Of a DNA stretch of 24,936 nucleotides, positions 1 through 7,119 are shown piece after piece. The notes under the pieces were generated by a model. It did not search any database. It was not told the DNA's origin and worked only from the letters and a program-made list of their open reading frames with translations. Made by a program: the position numbers and the translations under genes. This stretch comes from a virus (Duplodnaviria; Caudoviricetes): the IMG/VR virus record IMGVR_UViG_3300038379_000084, positions 1 to 24,936 of that record. One strand, given 5' to 3'. The number at the start of each line of letters is the position of its first letter. Position 1 is the stretch's first letter.

Positions 1-1
1 G

Positions 2-184
2 GCGCTTGATCTTGTGCCGGTAGCCCCACACGGGCTCGTCGTCCAGGAGGACCGTCGTGCGACGGTTCTGCCCCTCCTTCGCGCTGATGTGGAAGATGCT
101 CGTCCCGAGCAGGGGGTCACCCGTGCTCGCGACCGGCACCGCCGTCGGCGGAACCGTGAACCCACGCTGCATACCCATCGTCAT
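2..184 (-). CDS. 5' part of a gene running off the window; possibly a gp32-like single-stranded DNA-binding protein
   Basis: Not in the ORF track. ATG at 184 preceded by AGGAG; open to the edge: MTMGMQRGFTVPPTAVPVASTGDPLLGTSIFHISAKEGQNRRTTVLLDDEPVWGYRHKIKR. The F..K.G..R...LDD.P....H pattern and the position after primase resemble phage SSBs. Confidence 0.5.
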   Translation of the reverse strand, partial: MTMGMQRGFTVPPTAVPVASTGDPLLGTSIFHISAKEGQNRRTTVLLDDEPVWGYRHKIKR

Positions 185-194
185 GTTGAGACTC

Positions 195-1307
195 CTACCG
201 CTTCTCGCGGTTCTTCAAGTAGCCATTGATGCCACTGATGCCAGGAACAGCCACGCCCCGCTGGGGCGAAGAAACACTACCGTGTCCTGGTCCACCCGTC
301 AAGGTGGACGCTTCGAGGTACGACGCGCCCTCGACAATCCGCCGCAGCGCCGTGGGATCGGCGCGCACCACGTCGTCGGCGTCGAGCTTCTTCCCGTCCG
401 GCGTCCGGGGGAGCTTCGCGACCTTCACGACGAAGTAGCGGCGGAGCTTCTCCTTCAAGCCGGGGAGCCACTCGCCGTCCGGGGCCTGCTGCCCGTAGAC
501 GGCGCTCGTGCCCTTATCGTCGGCGTCGAGCATGAGGATGAGCGTCTTGACCCCCCACCGCTGGAGCTTCTCCAGCCGCTCCTCCTCGATCCCCGTGTCG
601 GCCCCCATCATGCCGAGCACGTTCGGGAACAGGCGCGCGGAGAAGATCGTAGCCATCGGCCCTTCGACCACGATGGCCGTGGTCACCGTCCGGTCGATGT
701 CGTGCTCGCCGTAGAACACCGACTTCTTCCACAGGAAGGCGCCCGGGGTGTCGAGGTAGCGCGGGTCCTGGCTCGCGTGGACGGCGCGCCGGAGCGCCCC
801 CACGACGTTCCCCGTCTCGTCGCGCACGGGGAAGATCGCGCGCTGCATCTCGGGGTCGAAGCCGAGCCTCCACTTGTAGATGTCGGCCTTCACCACGCCG
901 CGCTCCACGAGGTAGGCCGGGACCTGCCGCGCACAGTAGGACGCGTACGTGTTCCAGTCCGTGGTCGGCGCTTCGTTGCGTTCATCGTCCTTGTCGTGGA
1001 GCCTAGCAAGCGCCCCCGACAGGCTCGGGCCGTCCCGCTGCAAGATGAACTGAGCCACCGCGCTCAGGCTCGGGTCGAGCTTCGCGGCCTCGCTGAACAC
1101 GAACGCCAGCGTGCCCTTCGTGCGGCAGGAGAAGCAGTAAGCGACCGAGCGCCCGCCCGGCGCGATCTTCACCGAGAGGCCCTGCGAGGTGTCGATCCCC
1201 TTCGAGTGGTATCGGCCCCACGGGCAGTTGATGTGTACGTTGCCGCGCCGCGGGTCCACCGGGGACCCGTACATGGCGGCGACTTCCTCGATGGTCTTAG
1301 CGTCCAC
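195..1307 (-). CDS. dnaG: DnaG-like TOPRIM DNA primase with N-terminal Zn-binding domain
   Basis: CPW..YH...CFSC Zn motif, YLVERGV, RAIFPVRD..GNVVG..RR, RYL, VVEG and LDADDKG TOPRIM motifs; downstream of the helicase. Confidence 0.88.
   Translation of the reverse strand: MDAKTIEEVAAMYGSPVDPRRGNVHINCPWGRYHSKGIDTSQGLSVKIAPGGRSVAYCFSCRTKGTLAFVFSEAAKLDPSLSAVAQFILQRDGPSLSGALARLHDKDDERNEAPTTDWNTYASYCARQVPAYLVERGVVKADIYKWRLGFDPEMQRAIFPVRDETGNVVGALRRAVHASQDPRYLDTPGAFLWKKSVFYGEHDIDRTVTTAIVVEGPMATIFSARLFPNVLGMMGADTGIEEERLEKLQRWGVKTLILMLDADDKGTSAVYGQQAPDGEWLPGLKEKLRRYFVVKVAKLPRTPDGKKLDADDVVRADPTALRRIVEGASYLEASTLTGGPGHGSVSSPQRGVAVPGISGINGYLKNREKR
274..302 (-). promoter_or_regulatory. sigma70-like promoter TTGACG-N17-TAGTGT inside the primase 3' end
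   Basis: -35 at 297-302, exact 17-bp spacer, -10 at 274-279; points at the gene starting at 184; 21/29 identical to the promoter at 4861-4889. Confidence 0.65.
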
Positions 1308-1488
1308 TCAGCGGCTTCCAGGCGTTCTTGTTGCCGGCCATGAGTTCGCGCCAGTCCGCGACGCACCCGCACTGGAAGCAGACCACCTCGAACGCCCCTA
1401 CGCGATCCATGTCGCCGTGAGGGCACTGGTCCGGCGGCGGCCTCCGCTTCGGGAGAGGGATGTTCGGCTCGTCTCGCTCCTCGGTCAC
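1297..1488 (-). CDS. small putative Zn-ribbon protein
   Basis: 63 aa with CPH...CFQC; GTGA overlap with the helicase stop and short overlap with the primase start. Confidence 0.6.
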   Translation of the reverse strand: MTEERDEPNIPLPKRRPPPDQCPHGDMDRVGAFEVVCFQCGCVADWRELMAGNKNAWKPLSGR

Positions 1489-2873
1489 CGCGGGCCTCCG
1501 ATCACGTTGGCCGCCGGTGGCGGCTGCTGCGGCTGGGCAGGGGCAGCGGCCTGCTGCCCAGGCTGCCCGAGCCCAATCTCATCGAACGCGATGCACCGCT
1601 TCACCTCGAAGCGGCTGCGAAGCTCGGGCACGTTCACGCCGTCGCGCACCTTGCCAGTGCGCCAGATGGCCTCGCCGGCGTTCACCATGTCCGGGGTGCG
1701 GAACAGGAACATGATGACATCGAACAGGCGCGGCATGTCGTCGGTCAAGGCGATGTCGTTCAGGCTCGCCTCGGTATCGTCCTCGGCCACCTCGCGGTTG
1801 AAGTGCCAGGTGATGAGCCCTGGCACGCCCACGCGGCCGAACATCTCCTTGCACTCCTCCAGGAAGTAGCCCGCCTGGTCGGTGCGCTTGGACGACTTCC
1901 CGCCACGGTCGATGGCGAGGTAGGCCGAGTCCCAGATGATGATGTCAGGCTGGAACTCCAACGCCTCCTGCTCAAGCTGGCCGATGGTGCGGATGCGCGG
2001 CGTGGAGACGATCCGCAGGGAGCCCCAGCCGTTGTTGCCCTCCCGCTCACAGAGCGAGAGGTACTGCTGGTACTGATGAAGCTCCTGCGGGTTGAGCTTC
2101 CCGTTGAGCAGGCGCCAGGCGCTCACGCGCGCCGCGATGGCGTCGAAGCGGAGCGTGAGCCGCTGACGAGCCACGTCCGCGTAGGCGCCGAGGCGAGCCC
2201 GGACGCGCGGGCTCTTGGGGATCGCGTCGCGCGGGGGCGTCTCCATGCTGGCGAACAGGACGCGGTAGCCCATCTGCCACAGGTAGACGCCCTGCGCGAT
2301 GGCTGCGAACGTCTTGCCCATGTTGGGGCGCGAGATTAGGGCCCACGCCTCGCCGGCCTGCATCCCCAGGGTCATCTTCGTGACCGTCTGGAGGAAGAAC
2401 GGCAGGCCGAGCGCGTGCGTGAACTGCGAGCGGAACTCGTAGTCGCGCCACCGCTCCACGACGTTCGCGCCCATGTTCGGCAGGAACGAGCGGGAGTCGT
2501 GCGGCTGCGGGAACTCGGCCCGGACCTTGCCGATGACATCCGCCGTCGCCGCCATCGCCGCGTCGGGGTCGTGCCCTTCGAGGTGCGGCACGACCGACTG
2601 CGAGAGGCCCTCCTCCAGCTTGGCGCGCTTGGCGTTCTTGGAGATGACTTCCGCGTAGTAGGACGCCGACTCGGGCGGCCGGTCGAGCGGGACGTTGAAC
2701 ACGCCGGCGACCGTGAGCGGCTTCGGCAGCGCGGAGCGGTCGCGCGCGAAGTTGACGACCCACTGATAGACGCCGCGCCACGCCGGCGAGAGGTCGCGCT
2801 CCGGGTCGATGAGCCGCAGGGCCGCCATGTCCTCCGCGTGGAGGAGCGCGGCGAAGTAGTTGGCCTCGCTCAC
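1485..2873 (-). CDS. dnaB: DnaB-like (SF4) replicative helicase
   Basis: Walker A SRPNMGKT, VLFASME, Walker B IIIWDSAYL, HFNR, KVRDG arginine finger. Start placed at GTG 2873, which overlaps the upstream TGA. Confidence 0.9.
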   Translation of the reverse strand: MSEANYFAALLHAEDMAALRLIDPERDLSPAWRGVYQWVVNFARDRSALPKPLTVAGVFNVPLDRPPESASYYAEVISKNAKRAKLEEGLSQSVVPHLEGHDPDAAMAATADVIGKVRAEFPQPHDSRSFLPNMGANVVERWRDYEFRSQFTHALGLPFFLQTVTKMTLGMQAGEAWALISRPNMGKTFAAIAQGVYLWQMGYRVLFASMETPPRDAIPKSPRVRARLGAYADVARQRLTLRFDAIAARVSAWRLLNGKLNPQELHQYQQYLSLCEREGNNGWGSLRIVSTPRIRTIGQLEQEALEFQPDIIIWDSAYLAIDRGGKSSKRTDQAGYFLEECKEMFGRVGVPGLITWHFNREVAEDDTEASLNDIALTDDMPRLFDVIMFLFRTPDMVNAGEAIWRTGKVRDGVNVPELRSRFEVKRCIAFDEIGLGQPGQQAAAPAQPQQPPPAANVIGGPR

Positions 2874-3505
2874 ATCGCACCGCCGACGTTCGGAGCGTCC
2901 GGCCACCGCTCTTGCAGGAGGACCGGGATCGTGTGCCGCTGCACGACGCTGACGAACGCCGGGATAGGGGCGTAGGCGCTCGCGAACTCGGGCCACGGCA
3001 CGTTGCTCGTGAACACGACCGACCGCCCACGCTCCATCACGATGCGCACCGTCTCCTCCAACGCCGTGCCTCCCGCTCCGTCCAGCTTGAACCGCTCGCC
3101 GCCGAGGTCATCGAGCACCACGAAGTCGGCCGTCTGGAGGCGGTCGTCCAACGCCGCGAGCGCCCCCTCGTGAAAGCGCACGCTGGCAACCTCGCGCACC
3201 GCGAGCCACAGCACGGCGTGGCACCGGCGCAGCATCTCCATCGCGAGGATCGCCGCGCACGCGGTCTTGCCGGTGTTGAACGGCCCGCAGATGTAGAAGC
3301 CCCAGCCCTTGTCACCCCACCACGTCGGGTCGCCCGTGGCCTGGTGGAGCCAGCGCCGCTCGCCCTTCACCTGCTCGATGGTCGCCGGCCAGTAGCGGTC
3401 GGGGATGCGTGCGCGCTTGAGCGCGACCATCCACGCGGCCGGCTCCTCGGTCGGGTCAAGTCGTCGCTCGCGAACCCAGGTCAAACGACCCTCCCCCCTT
3501 GCCAT
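2870..3505 (-). CDS. dnaC: DnaC/IstB-like AAA+ helicase loader
   Basis: IPDRY, Walker A GPFNTGKT, Walker B VVLDDLGGE, FTSN sensor; directly upstream of the helicase. Start could instead be ATG 3430. Confidence 0.85.
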   Translation of the reverse strand: MARGEGRLTWVRERRLDPTEEPAAWMVALKRARIPDRYWPATIEQVKGERRWLHQATGDPTWWGDKGWGFYICGPFNTGKTACAAILAMEMLRRCHAVLWLAVREVASVRFHEGALAALDDRLQTADFVVLDDLGGERFKLDGAGGTALEETVRIVMERGRSVVFTSNVPWPEFASAYAPIPAFVSVVQRHTIPVLLQERWPDAPNVGGAM

Positions 3506-3935
3506 CGGTCTTGCCGGTCCACCGCCGCGCCGCGCCGCGCTTCACCGTCTTGGCGGTCGGCGCAGGGGTCGGCAGCTTGATCCCCAGGATGTTCTGCGAG
3601 ATGAGCTTCTCCTCCCCGGTCAGTTGCTTGGCCGCGATGTCCGCGAGGAGGTGGAACGCGCCGTCGATCCTCCGGCCGAGGTACCGCACGTTCCCACGCT
3701 GGTCCATGATCCAGTTGTTCGCCACGAGCCAGCGAAGCTCGTTGCTGATGACGCTCGGGGAGCGCCCCGGGAGCTTCTGCGAGAGGTCGCGCGCCGTGTA
3801 GTGGCACTCGACGTTGTGCTCGCCGGCCGGGTTCATCGGCATGGTCTGGACGCACGCCTCGAACAGCGTCACGTAGAGCGCGCGGGCCTGCGCCGCGCCG
3901 GCGAGGTAGTCCTGCGCCTTGATGAACGGGGTCAC
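3456..3935 (-). CDS. winged-helix DNA-binding protein, possible replication initiator
   Basis: Start at GTG 3935 (GTGA overlap with UDG stop). YTARDLSQKL.GRSPSVISNELRWLVANNWI is wHTH-like; basic C-terminal tail; precedes the DnaC-like gene. Confidence 0.6.
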   Translation of the reverse strand: MTPFIKAQDYLAGAAQARALYVTLFEACVQTMPMNPAGEHNVECHYTARDLSQKLPGRSPSVISNELRWLVANNWIMDQRGNVRYLGRRIDGAFHLLADIAAKQLTGEEKLISQNILGIKLPTPAPTAKTVKRGAARRWTGKTDGKGGGSFDLGSRATT

Positions 3936-4843
3936 GACTCGGACCCTTCCTCGTCGTCCTTGCGCTCCCCGGCCTCGGGCCAGGACACGAGCGGCGCGGT
4001 CGCGGTCGCGAGCTTCCCCAGGTACCTGGGGAGGAGGTGCCACGCCTGGACCTTCGTGAGCCCGGGGAGCCGCGAGGCCAGCATCGAGTAGAAGGTGCGC
4101 TGCGCGGCGTACTCCTTGTACATGCTCGGGGCGCCGACGACGCGCACGAGGTAGGCCGGGTGCCGCGCGTAGCCCACCATGATCCAGTCGTCGGGCGCGC
4201 CGGCGGGCTTGAACTGCGTGAAGCTCCAGACCGGGGGCGGCTCATCGAAGAAGTACTTCGTAGCCGTGGCGCCGAGGCACACCACGACGCGCGGGCGCAC
4301 GGCCTGGAGGAGCAAGTAAGTCCGCTCGGAGCACGCGATGAGTTCGGCGTCGGTCGGCGGGCGGTCGTCGCCCCACCGCGTGCCTGGGCGACAGCCCACC
4401 GTGTTCATCCAGAAGATGGCGGCCGGGTCGAGGCCGATCTGCTCCACCATCTTGTCCTGGAGCTTCCCGGAGCGACCGACGAACGGCTCACCACGCTCGT
4501 TCTCGTCCTTGCCCGGGCCTTCCCCCAGGAAGCACACCGCGGAGTCGGGGCTGCCGCGGTAGTGGACCACCTGCATCCGCGAGGAGCACAGGTGACATCG
4601 CCCACAGCCGTTGTACGCCGCCATGACCCGCTTCACGCCGTCGAGCGGAGCGACGTTCGGCTGCGGCGGGAAGGCGAGCGTCGCGCGGTTCGCCCCGCTG
4701 ACCGGCGGGTAGCCCGTGACGCGCAGGACGTGCGCGAGGGCCGCCTGCACGTCGAGCGGGGCCGGCGCCACGCAACTCGTCGTGACCCCGACCCCGCCAT
4801 CTGCTGGCTTGTGCCAGAAGGTGACCGTCTCCAGTAGTTGCAC
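3932..4843 (-). CDS. udg: family-4 uracil-DNA glycosylase (Fe-S type; SPO1 polymerase N-terminal-like)
   Basis: CGRCHLC, GEGPGKDE...GEPFVGRSG, NTVGCRP...PTDAELIAC, VVCLGATA, HPAY motifs. Confidence 0.9.
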   Translation of the reverse strand: MQLLETVTFWHKPADGGVGVTTSCVAPAPLDVQAALAHVLRVTGYPPVSGANRATLAFPPQPNVAPLDGVKRVMAAYNGCGRCHLCSSRMQVVHYRGSPDSAVCFLGEGPGKDENERGEPFVGRSGKLQDKMVEQIGLDPAAIFWMNTVGCRPGTRWGDDRPPTDAELIACSERTYLLLQAVRPRVVVCLGATATKYFFDEPPPVWSFTQFKPAGAPDDWIMVGYARHPAYLVRVVGAPSMYKEYAAQRTFYSMLASRLPGLTKVQAWHLLPRYLGKLATATAPLVSWPEAGERKDDEEGSES

Positions 4844-4846
4844 GCT

Positions 4847-4863
4847 GCTCTCCGGCGGAGAGC
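4847..4863 (-). promoter_or_regulatory. hairpin sequestering the UDG Shine-Dalgarno sequence
   Basis: mRNA GCUCUCC-GCC-GGAGAGC, perfect 7-bp stem; the 3' arm carries GGAGAG 4 nt before the GUG start at 4843. Confidence 0.55.
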
Positions 4864-4889
4864 CTAGCGTGCCTCGGTCATCCCGTCAA
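4861..4889 (-). promoter_or_regulatory. sigma70-like promoter TTGACG-N17-TAGGCT for the replication module
   Basis: -35 at 4884-4889, 17-bp spacer, -10 at 4861-4866; lies in the gap between the holin-like gene and UDG. Confidence 0.7.
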
Positions 4890-5164
4890 GTCGTCGGCTT
4901 CGGGGGCTCCGGCGCCGCCGGAGGGGCGGTCGGAGCGGCCGGCGCGTTGGCCGCGCTCTTGCCGAAGTCGGCCGCACCCTGGCCCACGAGGTAGGCGCTC
5001 GCGAGCACCACGATGGTCTGCGCCATCTGGCTCGCCGTCTCGGCGTCGATGAACTCCCCGAGCCCGAGCTTGGGCGCGAGGCGCACGATCAGCGCCGTGA
5101 CCGACGACGTGATGCCCACGAGGAACTTCTTCGAGGTGAGCAGTTCCTTCACCGCAGCGTGCAT
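4886..5164 (-). CDS. putative holin (two transmembrane helices)
   Basis: 92 aa; LTSKKFLVGITS TM1 and IVVLASAYLVGQGAADFGK TM2 resemble S(R/K)KF...Y..G(E/Q)G..D small phage holins; GAGGA RBS; Pro/Ala tail. Confidence 0.65.
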   Translation of the reverse strand: MHAAVKELLTSKKFLVGITSSVTALIVRLAPKLGLGEFIDAETASQMAQTIVVLASAYLVGQGAADFGKSAANAPAAPTAPPAAPEPPKPTT

Positions 5165-5173
5165 GATGTCCTC

Positions 5174-5623
5174 CTACACCGCCGCCGCGAGGAGCAGCGG
5201 GAGCGCGGCCTTGCCCATGAGCAGGAGCACGTCGAGGGCGGCGGCCTTGATGTCGTCCCACGCCTGCTTGCTCGCGAGGTTGGCGTCGTACGCCTGCCCC
5301 ATCGCCTTCTTGAGCGCCGCCTGGCGCTCGTCGTGGCTCGCCCGCTCGCGCAGGTAGAGCAGGCGCGCCTCGTCCTCCAGCCCGAGGCTGAGGTAGCTCG
5401 TGATCTTGAGGAAGGTGGCCTGGCTCACCGTGCCGATGGAGCCCTTGCTCGCGCCGATCCGGTCGAACGACTGCCCGGCCGCGCCGTGGAGCCCGGTGGG
5501 CAGGTTCGGGATGACCTGCTCCCGGCCCTTCTTGAGCGCGGAGTCCACCCACGAGCCCTCACCGAGCTTCTCGGTGCCCGTGCTCACGCCCTTGTCGATG
5601 ATCTTGCCGAGGTCGAGGGCCAT
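5174..5623 (-). CDS. hypothetical helical protein with hydrophobic C-terminus (lysis-associated?)
   Basis: 149 aa, GC3-rich codons, tightly packed between lipoprotein and holin; ends VLLLMGKAALPLLLAAAV. Confidence 0.6.
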   Translation of the reverse strand: MALDLGKIIDKGVSTGTEKLGEGSWVDSALKKGREQVIPNLPTGLHGAAGQSFDRIGASKGSIGTVSQATFLKITSYLSLGLEDEARLLYLRERASHDERQAALKKAMGQAYDANLASKQAWDDIKAAALDVLLLMGKAALPLLLAAAV

Positions 5624-5624
5624 G

Positions 5625-5891
5625 CTACTGGCCCGCCGTGGCCGAGGTCACCGGCGCGTACTCGGCCGGCATGTCCTTGCCGTTGATGTTGTGGTCGAGG
5701 ACGTGCATCGCCGCGACCATGTTGAACTGCGCCTCGCGCTTCTGCGCGTCAGTGAGCGTGTCCCACTCGCGCAGGTTGCCGTGGCCGACGGCGGCGGCCG
5801 TCGAGATGAGGTTGCGGTCCTCGGCGGCGACGCAGCCACCAAGCACGAGACCACCCACGAGGGCGGCGCTGAAAACCATCTTGCGGATCAT
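5625..5891 (-). CDS. small lipoprotein (spanin-like or exclusion protein)
   Basis: Start ATG 5891 after AAGGAG; MIRKMVFSAALVGGLVLGG-C signal peptide with lipobox; 88 aa. Confidence 0.7.
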   Translation of the reverse strand: MIRKMVFSAALVGGLVLGGCVAAEDRNLISTAAAVGHGNLREWDTLTDAQKREAQFNMVAAMHVLDHNINGKDMPAEYAPVTSATAGQ

Positions 5892-5902
5892 CGTCTCTCC
5901 TT

Positions 5903-6535
5903 CTAGTGGAACCAGGTCACAAGGCTGTAGCGCACGCCCTTCGTGACCGGCTGTACCTCGTGCGGGTGCGTAAACGTCGCCGGGAAGATCAGCACCGCGC
6001 CCGTCTCTGGCTTCACGTCGAGGTTCTGGCGCGGGAACCGCAGGATACCACCCTCGAAGTCGTCGTTGCAGAACGCCACCACCGCAAGGATGCGCTGGTT
6101 GAGCAGCGCGGCCCCGCGAATGGCATCGACGTGCTCCCCGAAGCGCCCGCCCACGTCGTAGCGTAGCAGGTCCCAGCCTTGCCCCGAGGTCACCCGAGCA
6201 TGGGGATTCGCCATGATGTAGGCGCTCGCGAGCATACTCTCCGCACCACCGACGAGCGGGGCCCACTTGGCGAGCGGGCCGTTCCGATCCGCACCGACCG
6301 AGGAGATGGTGAGCTTCTTCGAGTTCCTGTGCGCCGCGTCCACGTACTCGACGGTCGTGTCCGGGGTGATGACCGTGCTGTCGATCCAGCCACCAGCCTC
6401 CTCGGCATCACGCACGATGTCGCGCACGAACGGCAGCGCGTTCCGCACGAGCAGCACATCACGGTCGAGCCACCGGAACACTGGCTCCCACACCTTTGGC
6501 TTCACGGCGTCCTTGAGGCTAACGCCACCAGCCAT
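5903..6535 (-). CDS. 2OG-Fe(II) oxygenase, prolyl-4-hydroxylase-like
   Basis: LLRY..G..F.EHVD (HxD), NDDFEGG.L.F, KP..G..LIFP, HPHEV.PV.KGVRYS (distal His and RxS). Start placed at ATG 6535. Confidence 0.9.
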   Translation of the reverse strand: MAGGVSLKDAVKPKVWEPVFRWLDRDVLLVRNALPFVRDIVRDAEEAGGWIDSTVITPDTTVEYVDAAHRNSKKLTISSVGADRNGPLAKWAPLVGGAESMLASAYIMANPHARVTSGQGWDLLRYDVGGRFGEHVDAIRGAALLNQRILAVVAFCNDDFEGGILRFPRQNLDVKPETGAVLIFPATFTHPHEVQPVTKGVRYSLVTWFH

Positions 6536-6546
6536 CACGAACTGCC

Positions 6547-7116
6547 TCACGCCCAACCTCGCAGGATCAGGATGACGTTGCCGAGGAACTTGCTCATCCC
6601 AGCGAGCCCGCCGACGAGCCCCTGCGCCGGCGTCGTCACCGACACCTCGTTCGACACCCCGTTCGTGAAGGTGAGCGTCACAGGCGCGGACTGCGTGATG
6701 GCCGCCTGGTATGGAAGAAGCTCGATCTGATGACCGTCCGGCACGGCGCACTCGATCTTGAACTGCGCACTGGACCCAGGAGTACGGTCCTGCATCACGC
6801 CGCTCTGGATGCTCTGCCCCGCGAGCTTCAACGTCATCGCCGGCTTCGCCGTCAGGACGCCGTTGTTGACGTAGCAGTCCCGCACCGCCTCAGCCCCGCA
6901 CCGACACAGCGGCTCCTCCTCGGGGTCGCAGCCGCACTCGACGGCGTAGCACGCCACGAGGCCCTGCTTCGTGATGAACTCGTTACGAAGCTCCTGCGCG
7001 TACGGATGCACGGTGTCCGGGTTGTCCGGGTCGCAGGCCGGGTCGAAGTCGCCACAGAACGAGGACACCGCGCGCAGCGCGCCGTCCGCATCCGCCCACA
7101 CGAACGCCTTGCTCAT
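6547..7116 (-). CDS. Cys-rich protein, possible tail fibre assembly/accessory protein
   Basis: 189 aa, 9 Cys (8 in the N-terminal half, incl. CGC and CRC); beta-rich C-terminal half; directly after the fibre gene. Confidence 0.55.
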   Translation of the reverse strand: MSKAFVWADADGALRAVSSFCGDFDPACDPDNPDTVHPYAQELRNEFITKQGLVACYAVECGCDPEEEPLCRCGAEAVRDCYVNNGVLTAKPAMTLKLAGQSIQSGVMQDRTPGSSAQFKIECAVPDGHQIELLPYQAAITQSAPVTLTFTNGVSNEVSVTTPAQGLVGGLAGMSKFLGNVILILRGWA

Positions 7117-7119
7117 GAC

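Noticed and set aside
1000-1008. TGcTAGGCT extended -10-like word inside the primase gene
   Set aside because: No -35 and no gene start nearby downstream.
3932-4843. UdgX-type covalent uracil-binding enzyme
   Set aside because: Lacks the KRRIH loop; motifs fit ordinary family-4 UDG.
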